A stretch of DNA of 64,000 nucleotides from Octopus sinensis (taxonomy: Eukaryota): positions 51,088,001-51,152,000 of the forward strand of contig NC_043004.1 in assembly GCF_006345805.1 (NCBI RefSeq), in the 5' to 3' direction. Under the pieces are notes generated by a model, which saw only the letters and a list, made by a program, of their open reading frames with translations, was not told the DNA's origin and did no database searches. This document shows, piece by piece, positions 17,571 to 31,193 of the stretch (the stretch's first letter is position 1; every line of letters starts with the position of its first letter). The position numbers and the translations under genes were made by a program.

Positions 17571-18089
17571 GCAAATGTTGGAAACATAGAAAAAGCTTAT
17601 TGAAAAATCTTGACTAAGGTTTTGATTCCTGGCTAAGAATCCAGGTGATGACTTGCTTTGTGGCTAGGCTGTTTAAATGGGCAAAGGAATATTTGATTTT
17701 GGCTGCATGCTGTCCTCATATTAAAACAAGTTTCCTATTAACTTTTCAATAAATCTGTCGTTCCTTTTGTTGACTGCTATCTCTAGCATAGAAGTCATTC
17801 ATTGTTGCTTGTAGACGTCTGTGGCAATCTTGTTAAAATGAATTAGTTTGATGTGAGTTGTGTATAAGTAGATTACATCTAGCAAATTTTTGAACAAGAT
17901 TCTGCATTAGTTACAGAGAGAAGTTCATGCATTGCAAATCCCTGTCAAAATAGCAAAGATGAAAATAGTTGAATAGAACGTGGGAGAAAACTGGCCATTC
18001 AGAGTTACGACTGGGTTGGTTTTAACATAAGGAGTAAATATCCAGGTGTGGTGCCATGTCTACCTTATATTGGCATATAGTCATTAGAA

Positions 18090-19381
18090 TGACTGTCAAG
18101 GAATGTGTGTTGGTAATATGCTAAAGAACAAACACAAATCGGTGACGGTGGAGAATGTCATTCTGCTCTGATGTCTGTGACAGTCTGCAAATTGCTGTTC
18201 TTTATGGCTGTATATATAGGCTGTGCTAAAGAAAAGTTCAAGAATGTCTATAGAAGCTATCATATGAACAACAGCCGCTGATTGAACAGTTACTCAGTTG
18301 TTTAAATTATAACTTGTAATTCATAACCACATATCCATTGTACCTGGGCTGTGATTTCTCAATGCAGAAAAGTACTGGTTTGACTTGGAAAGCCTCATAT
18401 AATGACATTGAGCTTTTTATTATTAAAATTCATAAGAGAAATAATTTAGAACAATGTTGATTTGCTTATTAAGATAGTCATTTACTTTTTTATGTGCTGA
18501 AAAGGTGATATGGATATGGTCCTGGTGATGTTATTATTTTCTGGTTTCAAACGTGTCATGATAAAAAGCATCAAGAAATATGAAGACACCAATTAAAAAT
18601 GACGGCCACATTTATTTCTCCTTTAATAGAAGATACAGCGAATGAGTACAACATGAATAATTCTATTAATAAAAATACCTTGGTTCCTCATGTAGCTTGT
18701 ATATGATGATGTACGTAGGAAGAACACAAAATATGGCGTCAAAGATCTCTGTTGACAATCCTCTCCTCACTGAGAATGCACAGTGGAATAAAACTTGCTC
18801 TCTGCCAAAGATCCGAATTCCATCATGCAAAACCCACCTCACTGGCTGTGCTCAAAAGAAATTCCTTATTTATATATATCTGTAGGTTCAAAACAGACCA
18901 CACTTTTGCTGGTCTTGCAAGTGATTTGATTGGATAGCTTAAAGCATTAATCAGCACAAATGTGTAAGGTCATGTGACCACTTGTAGAAAACAGGAAAAA
19001 TAGAGACAGCCAAATAATAAAGATAGCATCCGGGTACGATTTAATGTGAATAATATATTGTTATGACATAAAATTAACGTCATCACCATGTCTGGTGAGT
19101 ACACAAGTTATTTGTTTATTACAGTGAAATGCTTTCTGTGGACTCATGGGCCATTGTGTACATTAGTAATTTAGTTTCGTTCCTGTACAGCCAGGGAGAA
19201 AGATATAGTAAAAAAGATATAGGCAGCTAGGGACAATAAAAGTTCTACTTTCACGCATCTGCTCTTTGGCTAAAGGCCAAAATGACTGAAAGCAAGAATG
19301 ATATGTATACTTGACTTGTATGTAACAGGATGTGCTCTTGGTTGGCACTGAATTTATCAAAGAGATGAACTTAGTATTTGA
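18090..19381 (+). repeat. Copy 1 of a 1.29-kb direct duplication
   Basis: Matches 20244-21541; only five small indels seen. Confidence 0.95.
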
Positions 19382-19393
19382 CTGTTTATTCAT

Positions 19394-19556
19394 GTACGAA
19401 CTGTGTCTAAAGTATATATGTATCACTACGCTAAATGTTGACAGTTCGTGTAACATGTAAAGTAAATAAACACGTAAAACAATAACAATGTCTTCATTTG
19501 AGTTGTCTATCACCCATCAAGAATGGAACTACACATAACACACACACAGTACACAG
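19394..19556 (+). repeat. Copy of the LTR 3' portion plus its genomic flank (=15203-15365)
   Basis: 163 bp, 5 substitutions, includes TSD and 11 flanking bases. Confidence 0.9.
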
Positions 19557-19719
19557 TGGTTAAAGTAGGTAAACTGAGAATAATGGACTTCCCCAGTATT
19601 ATCAGGGCTAACCACAGAATACGCTGAGAAAAATCAGGTCAACTCATTCACATTAATTTCTGAGTACATAGGCAAGAAAACAATAGGTTTTTTAAGATTT
19701 GCTTGATGATGTTGAGGAA

Positions 19720-20140
19720 CGTAGATTTGGTTTCAAATCCTTGCTTAGCTATTCAGTAGCTGTTCGCTACATTCCCTGATTTCTGAGCTACGCACCCTGT
19801 CAAATAACATTACTCAAGAAATCCTTCAAGAGGAACTGCATTTCGATCGATTATATTTGCGATTGTACTCTTTCAGTCATTACTCAGCATTCATGACCAT
19901 AGGTGTGGATAGGCAAACTTGCTCTCTTCTGTGAAGAGGAGAGAGCAAGTTTGGCTTTTTAACCAATCTCTCTCCTTCTGAGGATCGAATGCTGGAGCTG
20001 ATGCATTACTGTGCCAGAACCTTAAATTCTTGTGTCCAATCCAGTCTCCTGAACACTCAGGAATATGACCCTGAGATATTTCTCTACTTGGTCTAGTGTT
20101 GTTCCACCTTCAGAAAAACACCAAACTGATAACGTAATGC
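19720..20140 (-). mobile_element. RTE-clade LINE RT/C-terminal fragment
   Basis: LDQVEKYLRVIF...KAKL...LPIHTYGHEC*VMTERVQSQI..EMQFL, typical of RTE/Expander. Confidence 0.75.
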
Positions 20141-20243
20141 AGGGGTCAGTGAGATATAAATAACCGAGGAAGTATGAAAGGTCTCTGTTTTCTTCATTTC
20201 TTTCCTAATTTCCTTAGTTTCCCCTTTTTGTTCACTTTCCAAT

Positions 20244-21541
20244 TGACTGTCAAGGAATGTGTGTTGGTAATATGCTAAAGAACAAACACAAATCGGTGAC
20301 GGTGGAGAATGTCATTCTGCTCTGATGTCTGTGACAGTCTGCAAATTGCTGTTCTTTATGGCTGTATATATAGGCTGTGCTAAAGAAAAGTTCAAGAATG
20401 TCTATAGAAGCTATCATATGAACAACAGCCGCTGATTGAACAGTTACTCAGTTGTTTAAATTATAACTTGTAATTCATAACCACATATCCATTGTACCTG
20501 GGCTGTGATTTCTCAATGCAGAAAAGTACTGGTTTGACTTGGAAAGCCTCATATAATGACATTGAGCTTTTTATTATTAAAATTCATAAGAGAAATAATT
20601 TAGAACAATGTTGATTTGCTTATTAAGATAGTCATTTACTTTTTTATGTGCTGAAAAGGTGATATGGATATGGTCCTGGTGATGTTATTATTTTCTGGTT
20701 TCAAACGTGTCATGATAAAAAGCATCAAGAAATATGAAGACACCAATTAAAAATGACGGCCACATTTATTTCTCCTTTAATAGAAGATACAGCGAATGAG
20801 TACAACATGAATAATTCTATTAATAAAAATACCTTGGTTCCTCATGTAGCTTTGTATATGATGATGTACGTAGGAAGAACACAAAATATGGCGTCAAAGA
20901 TCTCTGTTGACAATCCTCTCCTCACTGAGAATGCACAGTGGAATAAAACTTGCTCTCTGCCAAAGATCCGAATTCCATCATGCAAAACCCACCTCACTGG
21001 CTGTGCTCAAAAGAAATTCCTTATTTATATATATATCTGTAGGTTCAAAACAGACCACACTTTTGCTGGTCTTGCAAGTGATTTGATTGGATAGCTTAAA
21101 GCATTCAATCAGCACAAATGTGTAAGGTCATGTGACCACTTGTAGAAAACAGGAAAAATAGAGACAGCCAAATAATAAAGATAGCATCCGGGTACGATTT
21201 AATGTGAATAATAATATTGTTATGACATAAAATTAACGTCATCACCATGTCATGGTGAGTACACAAGTTATTTGTTTATTACAGTGAAATGCTTTCTGTG
21301 GACTCATGGGCCATTGTGTACATTAGTAATTTAGTTTCGTTCCTGTACAGCCAGGGAGAAAGATATAGTAAAAAAGATATAGGCAGCTAGGGACAATAAA
21401 AGTTCTACTTTCACGCATCTGCTCTTTGGCTAAAGGCCAAAATGACTGAAAGCAAGAATGATATGTATACTTGACTTGTATGTAACAGGATGTGCTCTTG
21501 GTTGGCACTGAATTTATCAAAGAGATGAACTTAGTATTTGA
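20244..21541 (+). repeat. Copy 2 of the 1.29-kb direct duplication
   Basis: Matches 18090-19381. Confidence 0.95.
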
Positions 21542-22617
21542 TTGAAAAAATATTTACTTTGTGTAAAAAAATGATTTATTTCGTGTTTTATTTACTTTGC
21601 TAGGTAGTCGTTGTAGGATCGACTGGTCACGACTCGCTTATGCGGAAGCGCGAATGCGTGCACCAGGACCACTCTTCTTAGATAGTATCCAAAAATTATA
21701 ATTATAATTATTGATTATCATTATTTAAAATGATACAATTTTTGTTTTCCTTTACTTCTATATAAATTCTGATCCACACCTAAATTCTAACCTGAGTCTT
21801 TCAAATGGAAAATGTTTGTTACTTTTACGTTTTATAAATTCCCGAATTGATTCGCCAGAAGTGCTAAAGGGAGGTAACTACAAGCAGACTCCGGTCGATC
21901 ATTGAGTTTAAAACATCAGTTTGACTTACATCGAAATTAATTAAATTTGTCTATAAATCGACGGTGTGGCATGTAAGGACAGTCAGCTGATAAATGCGTG
22001 TTTGCAGTAGTCGAAGATATACTACGTTTAATAAAAAGGGCGGCCAAAATCCATACAACTCCACTGTTACAAATTATTTATCAGGGTCGTAATTTTTTTT
22101 CCTTCCGTATTCTCAAATGGCTTCTTTGCTCTCCCTTATCACACGACCAGGTAGTGTGTGTGAGAGAGATTTTTACCTGCAATTAAGATGTGCTGTTGCT
22201 GTTCCCAAACAAATATTTTTAAGAAGTGTACAACTACAAAGGAAAATTCTTAATATATGAAAAAAGGCAAAAAATCGAAATAATTTATTTTTACAATGAA
22301 GTCCCATAAAATAGACTAAATGGAAGCAAACAAACTAGTTTTTTGATAGTACTGAAAAAAAGTGCCTTGCTCAAGAGCATAACTCACAGCCTGGTCCAGG
22401 AATCAAACTCACAACCTCACAATTGTAAGCTCAATGCTCCAACCACTGAGCCATGTACCTTCACTATGAAGCCATGTAAAATTGTACCAATAATAAATAT
22501 GTATATAAACTGTCACCAAGTCTTGTCATAACTACTCGCTACAGTCTTGTTACATCCACATTAAATAAACACAGGAGTTAAATGAAGGATGGCAATAAAC
22601 ATACATCGTTAACTTCA

Positions 22618-23033
22618 AGTGTTGATGTTTCATCACATTTTCTTATGTAAAAATTTTCCAGGGGAATAGATTCAAATGAAACTGATGCTTCAGGATTTTC
22701 TTTGCTTTGTAAGATAGCCTAATGGTTGGGGTGCCAAAGCACTGTAAGTGAATTTGGTAGATGGAAACTGAAAGAAGCCTGTTGTATACTTTGCATGTGT
22801 CTGTGTTAGTATCTACATACCTTGACATAGGATGATAGCTGTAAAGGAATGTCACTGTCCTCTCTCACTTGCTTCTCCAGTTCTCGCATCCTTAATGTTC
22901 TGCTGGGTAAAAGAGTTAGTGTTGATGTTTCATCACAATTGCTTATGTAAACATTTTCAATGGGAATTGCTTTAAATGAAACTGATGCTTCATGGTTTTC
23001 TGTGCTTTGTAATATAGCCTAATGGTTGGGGTG
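22618..23033. repeat. Two gap-free 116-bp diverged direct copies with 300-bp period
   Basis: 22618-22733 vs 22918-23033. Confidence 0.85.
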
Positions 23034-26000
23034 TTGCACTTGTGATCATAAGATGGTGGTTTCAGTTCTTGGACCAAGCATTGCATCATGTTCTTGAGCA
23101 AAACCCTTCATCGTCATCATGATATTGATGATGATGATGACACCACTACCACTAACATTAGCACCACAATCACTACCACCTTCATGTTATGCTTGTGTTT
23201 CAAGGCTTGCATGGATTGGCTAGCTCTTCTAAAGTCCTTTTCTTTTTTTTTTTTTTGCTTTTGTTTTGGTGTGGTCCTTTGCAAAAGTACATGACCCAGT
23301 AGTTAGTAAGTTGCACTTACAATTGCAAGATCATGACTTTGATTCCATGGCCAGGTTGTATGCAGAGTTCCTGGGCAAAACACTTCATTTCACAGAGCTC
23401 CAGTCCACTCAGCTGTGAATGAGCTTCTACAATGGCCGAGAAGTTAACAAGTTAACCCGTCAATGGACAAGTGTTCTGTTCAGTGGGGGTAAGTGGTGGT
23501 GGTGGTGATGATGATAATGATGATGATGATGCTGCTGCTGCGAGTTATGCTCTTGAGCAAGGCGCTTTATTTCACGTTGCTCCAGTTCACTCAGCTGTAG
23601 AAATGATTTGCGACATCACAGGTGCCAAGCTGTATCGGCCTTTGCCTTTCCCTTGGAAACTGGGCTAAATTCTGTCCTTATGAGTTTTTAAGGAGTTGCA
23701 GCAGGTCTGATATTGATGTGTTTTGTATCATTGTCAAAGTTGATGATGCTGCTGTAATTGTTGTGGTGTGAGATAAGGCTGGCTGCATATAGTAATATAT
23801 CATAACAAAAGCAGACCCCAAAACATTTTGACAACTGATTTTATCTAGGAAAGGTTAACTATGTAAGAAAGAACCCCTTCAGTCATGAATGAGCATAGGA
23901 TTGCACCTAGAAAGTTCCCCTGTAAAGCACAAGTCCTGGCAAGATTGTTTTGTGGAACACCGTCAGTTGCCCATGCATGCCAGTCCCATTCAAAGGCTAA
24001 GAATATATACAGACATAAATTCTCAAATCCTCACCTGTAACAAGATTATCATCATCATTTAACATCTGTTTTCCATGCTGGCATGATTTGGATGGTTTGA
24101 CAGAAGCTGGCCACACTCCAATTGTCTGTTGTGTTCTAGTTTCCACGGTTGGTTGCCCTTCCCAATACCAACCACTTTACAGGGTGTGCTGGGTCTCTTT
24201 CACATGCCACCAGTGCAGGTGCATTTACACCGCACTAGCACCAATGCATTTTATGTGGTACCAGCACCTATAAAAGACAAATCTGTATGTGTGGATGACA
24301 GTGATTTTACTTAGCTCAAAGTGTCTTCTCAAGTACTTGTGTGTTAATAACAGGTTAAAAAACCCTTTGGATGCAAAAAGTTGAAGGCTGTTTATGGGGC
24401 CACAAACCCGCTTCTCCTATAAATATGAGAGGTGTTCTACCACCGGACCAAAGCAATTCTTTGAATTTCTCTATCCATTTTGAAAACTTTAATCTTACCA
24501 GCAAGAATTGTAAAGAGGGATTGACTGAATTGTATTTGTTCAGCCATTAGTTGTCTGGAAAATGAGAGACAAAATGCTACAAGTCTGCCAAAATTCTATC
24601 TTTTATCTTTTACTTGTTTCATTCATTAGATGGTGGCCATACTGGAGCACTGCCTTGAAGAAGTTTTAGTCAGATGAATATTTTTCTTTAAGTCTGGTAC
24701 TTATTATATTGATCTCTCTTTACCGAACCACTAGTTTACTGGGATGCAAACAAACCAACACCAGTTGTCAAGCAGTGGTGTTGGTCAAACAGACACAAAC
24801 ACACACACCACATCCAGTGAGTTCACTGTCATCAATTAACGGTTTTTTTTTTACAATAAAATAGTTTTTAACTATTAATGGTGAGTTGCTATGGATACAT
24901 TTTCTCAGCAAACTTTTCTCATGGTGAACTCTCCTCAAGGTGAATTGATGATAGTGAACTTAACAATAATCCACACATACACACACTCATATATATATAT
25001 ATATATATATATTTGATGGGCTTCTTTCAGTTTCCATCTACAAAATCCACTTACAAGGATTTGGACAGCCTGAGGTTATAATAGAAGACACTTGTCCAAG
25101 GTGCTACGCACTGGGACTGAACCTGGAACCATGTGGTTGGGAAGCAAGCTTCTTACTGCACATCTACACTTGCGCCTAACTTGTTAAATTTTTTCCTGAT
25201 ATCCCCCACTCCATATGCATGCACACATGTATATCATGACTCCTACACTGTTCACTTACTTGACCTTTGTACATAATTCTATGTACTGTACATGCACCTT
25301 TGATGAGTTGTAGTGCACCTGAGCACTCTCTTTTCTCTTTTACTTGTTTCAGTCATTTGACTGCGGCCATGCAGGAGCACCGCCTTTAGTCGAGCAAATC
25401 GACCCCGGGACTTATTCTTTGTAAGCCCAGTACTTATTCAATCGGTCTCTTTTGCTGAACCGCTAAGTGACGGGGACGTAAACACACCAGCATCGGTTGT
25501 CAAGCAATGCTAAGGGGACAAACACAGACACACAAACATATATATATATACATATATACAGCAGGCTTCTTTCAGTTTCCATCTACCAAATCCACTCACA
25601 AGGCATTGGTCGGCCCGGGGCTATAGCAGAAGACACTTGCCCAAGATGCCACGCAGTGGGACTAAACCCGCAACCATGTGGTTGGTTAGCAAGCTACTTA
25701 CCACATAGCCACTCCTGCGCACTATACACAATAATTTCATTATTATAGTAGAAGACACTTGCCCAAGGTGCCTACCATGCAGTGGAATTGAACCTGAAAT
25801 TATATAGTTTCAAAGCAAGCTTCTTAAACATACAGCCACGCTAGCACCTTTAGTAATGTCTGGAGTCTAGTAACAGGTATTGTCACTGACAGTCTTCCTT
25901 CATCTTTGCATAATCAACTATTTTATTTTCAGACTTCATACTTCAGTGACAAGGTGTAGGAAGAAATACAAAATGTATTGATAAGAAAGAGAAGAACTAT

Positions 26001-26104
26001 TTATAAAATGTGTTTATTAAATAAGCAAAAAAAAAAAGTAATAAAACAGCAGTGAGTCACATTTTGGCTACATCACGATTGCATGAAATAAATAAAATAA
26101 ATTA

Positions 26105-26343
26105 ATAGGTATGTACAAAGCAACAATTATGTATATCTGTATGTATATGTACATGCCTGTGTATATGCGTATGTGTGTGTATATATATATATTCACACAT
26201 ACGTATATCTTTATGTATATATATATATGTATATATATATGTATATATATATGTATATATATATTGTATATATATATATGTATATGTATATATATATATA
26301 TGTATATATATGTATATATATATGTATATATATATATATAATG

Positions 26344-26375
<32 letters not shown>

Positions 26376-27091
26376 ATGTATATATATATTATATATATGT
26401 ATATATATATATTATATATATATATACACTTATGTACATATATGTCTAGTCCATGTATATATGCATATATATAAACACACACATGTACATATATGTGTAT
26501 ATATATACATAAATATGCATCTCTACATATATATGCATGTATTTATACATTTAAGATATACAGCGAGAGAGAGAGAGAGAGAGCTACACTATATAAATAT
26601 GTATATATGTGTGTATATATATATATAAATATATATGTCTACACACATGTCTATATTTATACATATATATACATACATATACATATATATATTTATACAT
26701 ATACATCTATGTGTATACATATACATATGTGTATACACACACACACATATATATATATATATGTATGTATACACTTCAACTCTCCTGTCCAGTCATTGTG
26801 ATTGGCTATCAAGTGGAATGGGCTGATGTAGTGACATCAGTCATCAAACAAAGGCTCAGAATCTAATGGTGAGGTAGGCTAAGACAAACTGGTAAACCAC
26901 GGCTGAGTACAAGAATGTTCATTCTATACCCTCGTCAGAAATCAAGCTCATTACAATTTAATGAGGTACAACTTTGAAGTCATACCACTGCTCTTAGAAG
27001 ATGGTTTCATGTAAATTGTATTTTGTAGATGATGTATAGCTTATTTTAATACCACCATATATACATATATAAATATATATATACATATATA

Positions 27092-27125
<34 letters not shown>

Positions 27126-27448
27126 CAGAAAAAGAGAGATATATAGACAAATAGGCAACTATGTTGATAATATGTGTGTATATATATATATAAATATATA
27201 TATATACATATGTTTGTATATATATATAAATATATAATGTTATATAATTAGGGCTCAGTAAAATAATTTACTTTACTACACACTGAAACTTTTAGAAAGT
27301 TTCAATGTGTGGTAAAGTAAATTATTTTACTGAGCCCTAATTAAATAACGTAATATTTTAAATATAACTTGAATGGCCCTTTTACATACTGAACACTGCT
27401 TGGTGGAATTAATTAATAATTAATTGATTTTACCCTTTTATTATTGAT

Positions 27449-27497
<49 letters not shown>

Positions 27498-28511
27498 TAT
27501 GTTTGTATATATATATATATATATACCTAATACATCAGTGTCAGAGTCCCACAAAACATAGCTGCTGAGGAAAGTCTGTTTTTTATGCCCACCCCCACTC
27601 TCGAGCGAAAATAGAAATGTCATCATTTATTGTACTCATAGTGAAACAAAGCAAGGAGGAGAAAAATAAAGACAATCTGTTCTTTCATCAAGCCATATTG
27701 GTAGTCAATGGTGGTGGTCATGGCAGTGTGATGATGATGACAGCGGTGGGTTGATCTATGACGATTAACTCCAGTTGTAAACATTTAAATTGTAGACTAT
27801 ATATATATACACATATAAATATATGTATATGTATGTAGATATAAACATACAATTTATAGTCTGTATTAAATATATAGCACATGTATATTCTATATCAAAT
27901 ATATAGTGCAACAGCATGTATATAAAAAAATATATCGCCGAGAATATATATTAGATATGTTAAATTCATGTTTTTAAGTAAGTCTGTACATGTGTGTGTA
28001 TGTGCTTATGTTTATGAGTATAAGCATGAATACAATACAGATATATGTATACATATATATACACATATACACATACAGGTACATATATGTATATATGTAT
28101 GTACTGTATTGTAGAAAATATGTATAAATGTGTATGTATATATATATATATATATATATAAATGTACGTACACATATATACAGAGGTTATTCTTGGTCTC
28201 ACCTGTTTAAAGAAACATAGTAAGGCCACATGCAATAAAGTACTCCAACTATGAAATACAAAGCATGAAAATATTTTATAGTAAACAGCAAAGTCCAATA
28301 AAAAGCATTTCTTTAAATTCAGAAACACAACATCTTTTGTTGGGCTCACTGTTTTAATAATGCATATATATATATATATATATATATGCATGCACACATA
28401 TGTATATACATATACACATATGCAACCATATATACATACATGCATGTACAAATTTATATATTCATATACATGTACATATATAGATCTCTATAAATACATG
28501 TGTGCGCGCGC

Positions 28512-28570
<59 letters not shown>

Positions 28571-28620
28571 TACACACACACATATATTGTGTATATATGT
28601 ATGTATATACTCATACACAT
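26105..28620. repeat. TA/CA-rich microsatellite blocks with short unique spacers
   Basis: Direct reading. Confidence 0.9.
27245..27343. repeat. Near-perfect foldback, 48-bp arms, 3-nt loop
   Basis: 46/48 identity; termini taattagggctcag resemble the 40971 foldback. Confidence 0.92.
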
Positions 28621-29105
28621 AAAGATAGTAGCACATACACACAATGCTAGTTTCTTTGTATACGTATATAAAAAAAAAAAAGGCGTTTCGTGAATTCAGT
28701 AGTAAAAAAACTGGGTTTCTCCGGAAAATATATATAGAAAATATATTCAATACAAAATCTGTATAGAAAATATATTCGATGGTCTCAACCAAGTAATGTT
28801 ACATATAATGACGTGTGTCTGTTTGTGTGTGTGCATATGCGCGTGTGTATGTAGAGTCTGTCAGAGTCGAGACACGATGACGGACAAACAATCAGCAGTA
28901 GAAAAAGACTAACGAGGAAGGCAATGTGGCAAGTCAATTAAGAGCAACCAAAGAGGTTGTATATATGTATGGATGTATGTATGTATGTATGCATATTTGC
29001 ATACATGTGTGTGTGTGAGTGTTTGCATTTGTGCATGGATGTAAATTTGTGTGTAAGTATGTATGCATATATTTATATATATATATATATTCAAACATAT
29101 AAGGG

Positions 29106-29377
29106 ATGGCCATAATAGGATATCCGACTCACTAGAAAGAGCAGCCAAATTCCAAACCACTAGTAGTTGTAACTCTGAAATGAATGCTGACGAGGCAACG
29201 CCAGTGGTAAATAAATTAATTAAATTAATTTATTTTCAAAAGATTGCCGAAACTATGCATAGTCCAGAAAGGAGAGGGTAAACGTTTTTATTTCTCTTTC
29301 CATTTCAGAATTACAACTATTAGTGGTTTGGAGTTTGGCTGCTCTTTCTAGTGAGTCGGATGTCCTATTATGGTCAT
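29106..29377. repeat. Inverted repeat, 77-bp arms (29106-29182 / 29301-29377)
   Basis: 72/77 identity, all differences transitions. Confidence 0.92.
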
Positions 29378-30073
29378 GTATATTATATAGTCTATTGACT
29401 ATATTTTCTTTCTCACTTGACCACTGGTAGCGGAGAATTTTTCTAGAATTTTTTGCTACCCTAAAATTTATTAATTATTTATATATATATATATGAATAC
29501 ATGATAAATATATGTATATCTATACATACATATTATATATGTAAATATATATGATGATGATGATGATATATATATATATATCTATGTACATATATCATAT
29601 ATCTACATATTTATATATATATATATATACACACAAGTGGAGGTGCGAGGCTTAGTGGTTAGGGTATCAGCACCATGATCGTAAGATTGTGGTTTCAATT
29701 CCTGGACCGGTCGACGTGTTGTGTTCTTGAGCAAAACACTTCCTTTCACGTTGCTCCAGTCCACTCAGCTGGCAAAAATGAGTAACGCTGCGATGGACTG
29801 GTGTCCCATCCACCTGGGAAACACATACGCCATAGAAACCGGGAAGCCGGGCCCATGAGCCTGGCTAGGCTTTAAAAGGGCGCATGTATATTTTTTTTAT
29901 ACACACACATATATAGATAGATATACACATACATACATGTGTGTGTGAGTGTGTGTGTGTGTGTGTACATAGTTTAGTTGCGCACATATAAGTCTGTGTG
30001 TTTACATATACACACAAAGACTATCACATCACGTATACACACATGTTTCGGAATGGATTTCAGTAGTTTTTAC

Positions 30074-30079
30074 TTTAAT
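30074..30079 (-). terminator. Candidate proximal polyadenylation signal ATTAAA for MAP3K1 (AATAAA alternatives at 29467-29472 and 29287-29292)
   Basis: Hexamer about 195 nt after the stop codon in AT-rich sequence; no transcript evidence. Confidence 0.3.
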
Positions 30080-30271
30080 GAAATGTCATAGAGTTTCTGT
30101 TTTTCGTTTTTGTTGTGTATTTTTTTTTTAAATATAATATTTTTGTTCGTTAATTATTTCTACTGTCACACCACTGCATATATACTTGTTGCATAAAATA
30201 TGCACATCAATTTCTGCATGCAAGCTGTAGTGGTGGTGTGACACCTTTGAATGAATGCAAATTGCATTCTG

Positions 30272-30427
30272 TCACCGATTCAAATGTTGCATAAAAACAG
30301 GGTGTGTGAGTAGCTCCTTAGCTGGCGGTCTGTCTTCGGACTTTACTTCCAAACAACGAAGCATAATGTCACGTACACCGGGGGACATCTTCTGTGGTAT
30401 TGGTGGAGGCTGCACCGATGAAGCTAT
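30272..30427 (-). CDS. MAP3K1: MAP3K1 terminal coding exon (IASSVQPPPIPQKMSPGVRDIMLRCLEVKSEDRPPAKELLTHPVFMQHLNR-stop); absent from the ORF track
   Basis: Long pyrimidine tract ending ccttgcag; matches MEKK1 IASATTAPSIP...[23 protein letters not shown]; TGA at 30272-30274. Confidence 0.96.
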   Translation of the reverse strand: MASSVQPPPIPQKMSPGVRDIMLRCLEVKSEDRPPAKELLTHPVFMQHLNR

Positions 30428-30976
30428 CTGCAAGGACCAAACCAAAGAAAAACAATTAAAAAAAAAGATTAACTACAATATATAAACTTCAAGAAAACAT
30501 GAAATAATTCTTTCTCGGTATGGTGGATCTTGAAGCACACAGAGCTATAAATATGAGTGTGTAAATATTGGGTAAAAAAAGCCCTTCAGATAAAAAAGAA
30601 ATCAAAGGTTGCTTATGGAGTATGAACCTGTATCTCGTGTAGACATGGCAGATGTTCTACCACTGGACCAAAGCAATCCTTTGAATTTCTCTTTCCTATA
30701 TGGAAACTTTATTCTTACCAGCAAGAAATGTATCTTTCATCCTTTACTTGTTTCAGTCATTCAACTGCAGCCATGCTGGGGTACCACCTCGAGGAGTTTT
30801 TAATAGAATAAATCAACCCCAGAGCAGTTTTTTTTTTTTTTTAAAAGTCTGTTGCTATTGGCATCTTTTTGCTGAACCAGTAATTTACAGTGATGTAAAC
30901 ATACCAACACAGGTTGCCAAGCAGTGGTGGGGGACAATCACAGACACAAAGACACCCTACCACACACACACATATA

Positions 30977-31193
30977 TGAGGGGGTGCTGTAAAGTTCCTG
31001 GCCTTGGGTAAAAGAAAATATAGGAGGATCAGTTAATTATGATTTTATTCAACATGTTACCCTCTCAGATTCACACACTTATTGCAGTGGTCCTTCAGTT
31101 TTTCTAAATTCTGTAAAAGAACATGGAAGGTTGGGCTTCCAACCAGGCCTTTCTCGACACCCTTAAAGCCAAGAACTTTTCAGCACCCCCTCA
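30977..31193. mobile_element. Mariner-type MITE nested in a SINE
   Basis: TA|tgagggggtgctg...cagcaccccctca|TA. Confidence 0.85.

Noticed and set aside
20753-21094. 113-aa plus-strand ORF in the duplicated block
   Set aside because: Open only because of copy-specific indels; no recognisable homology
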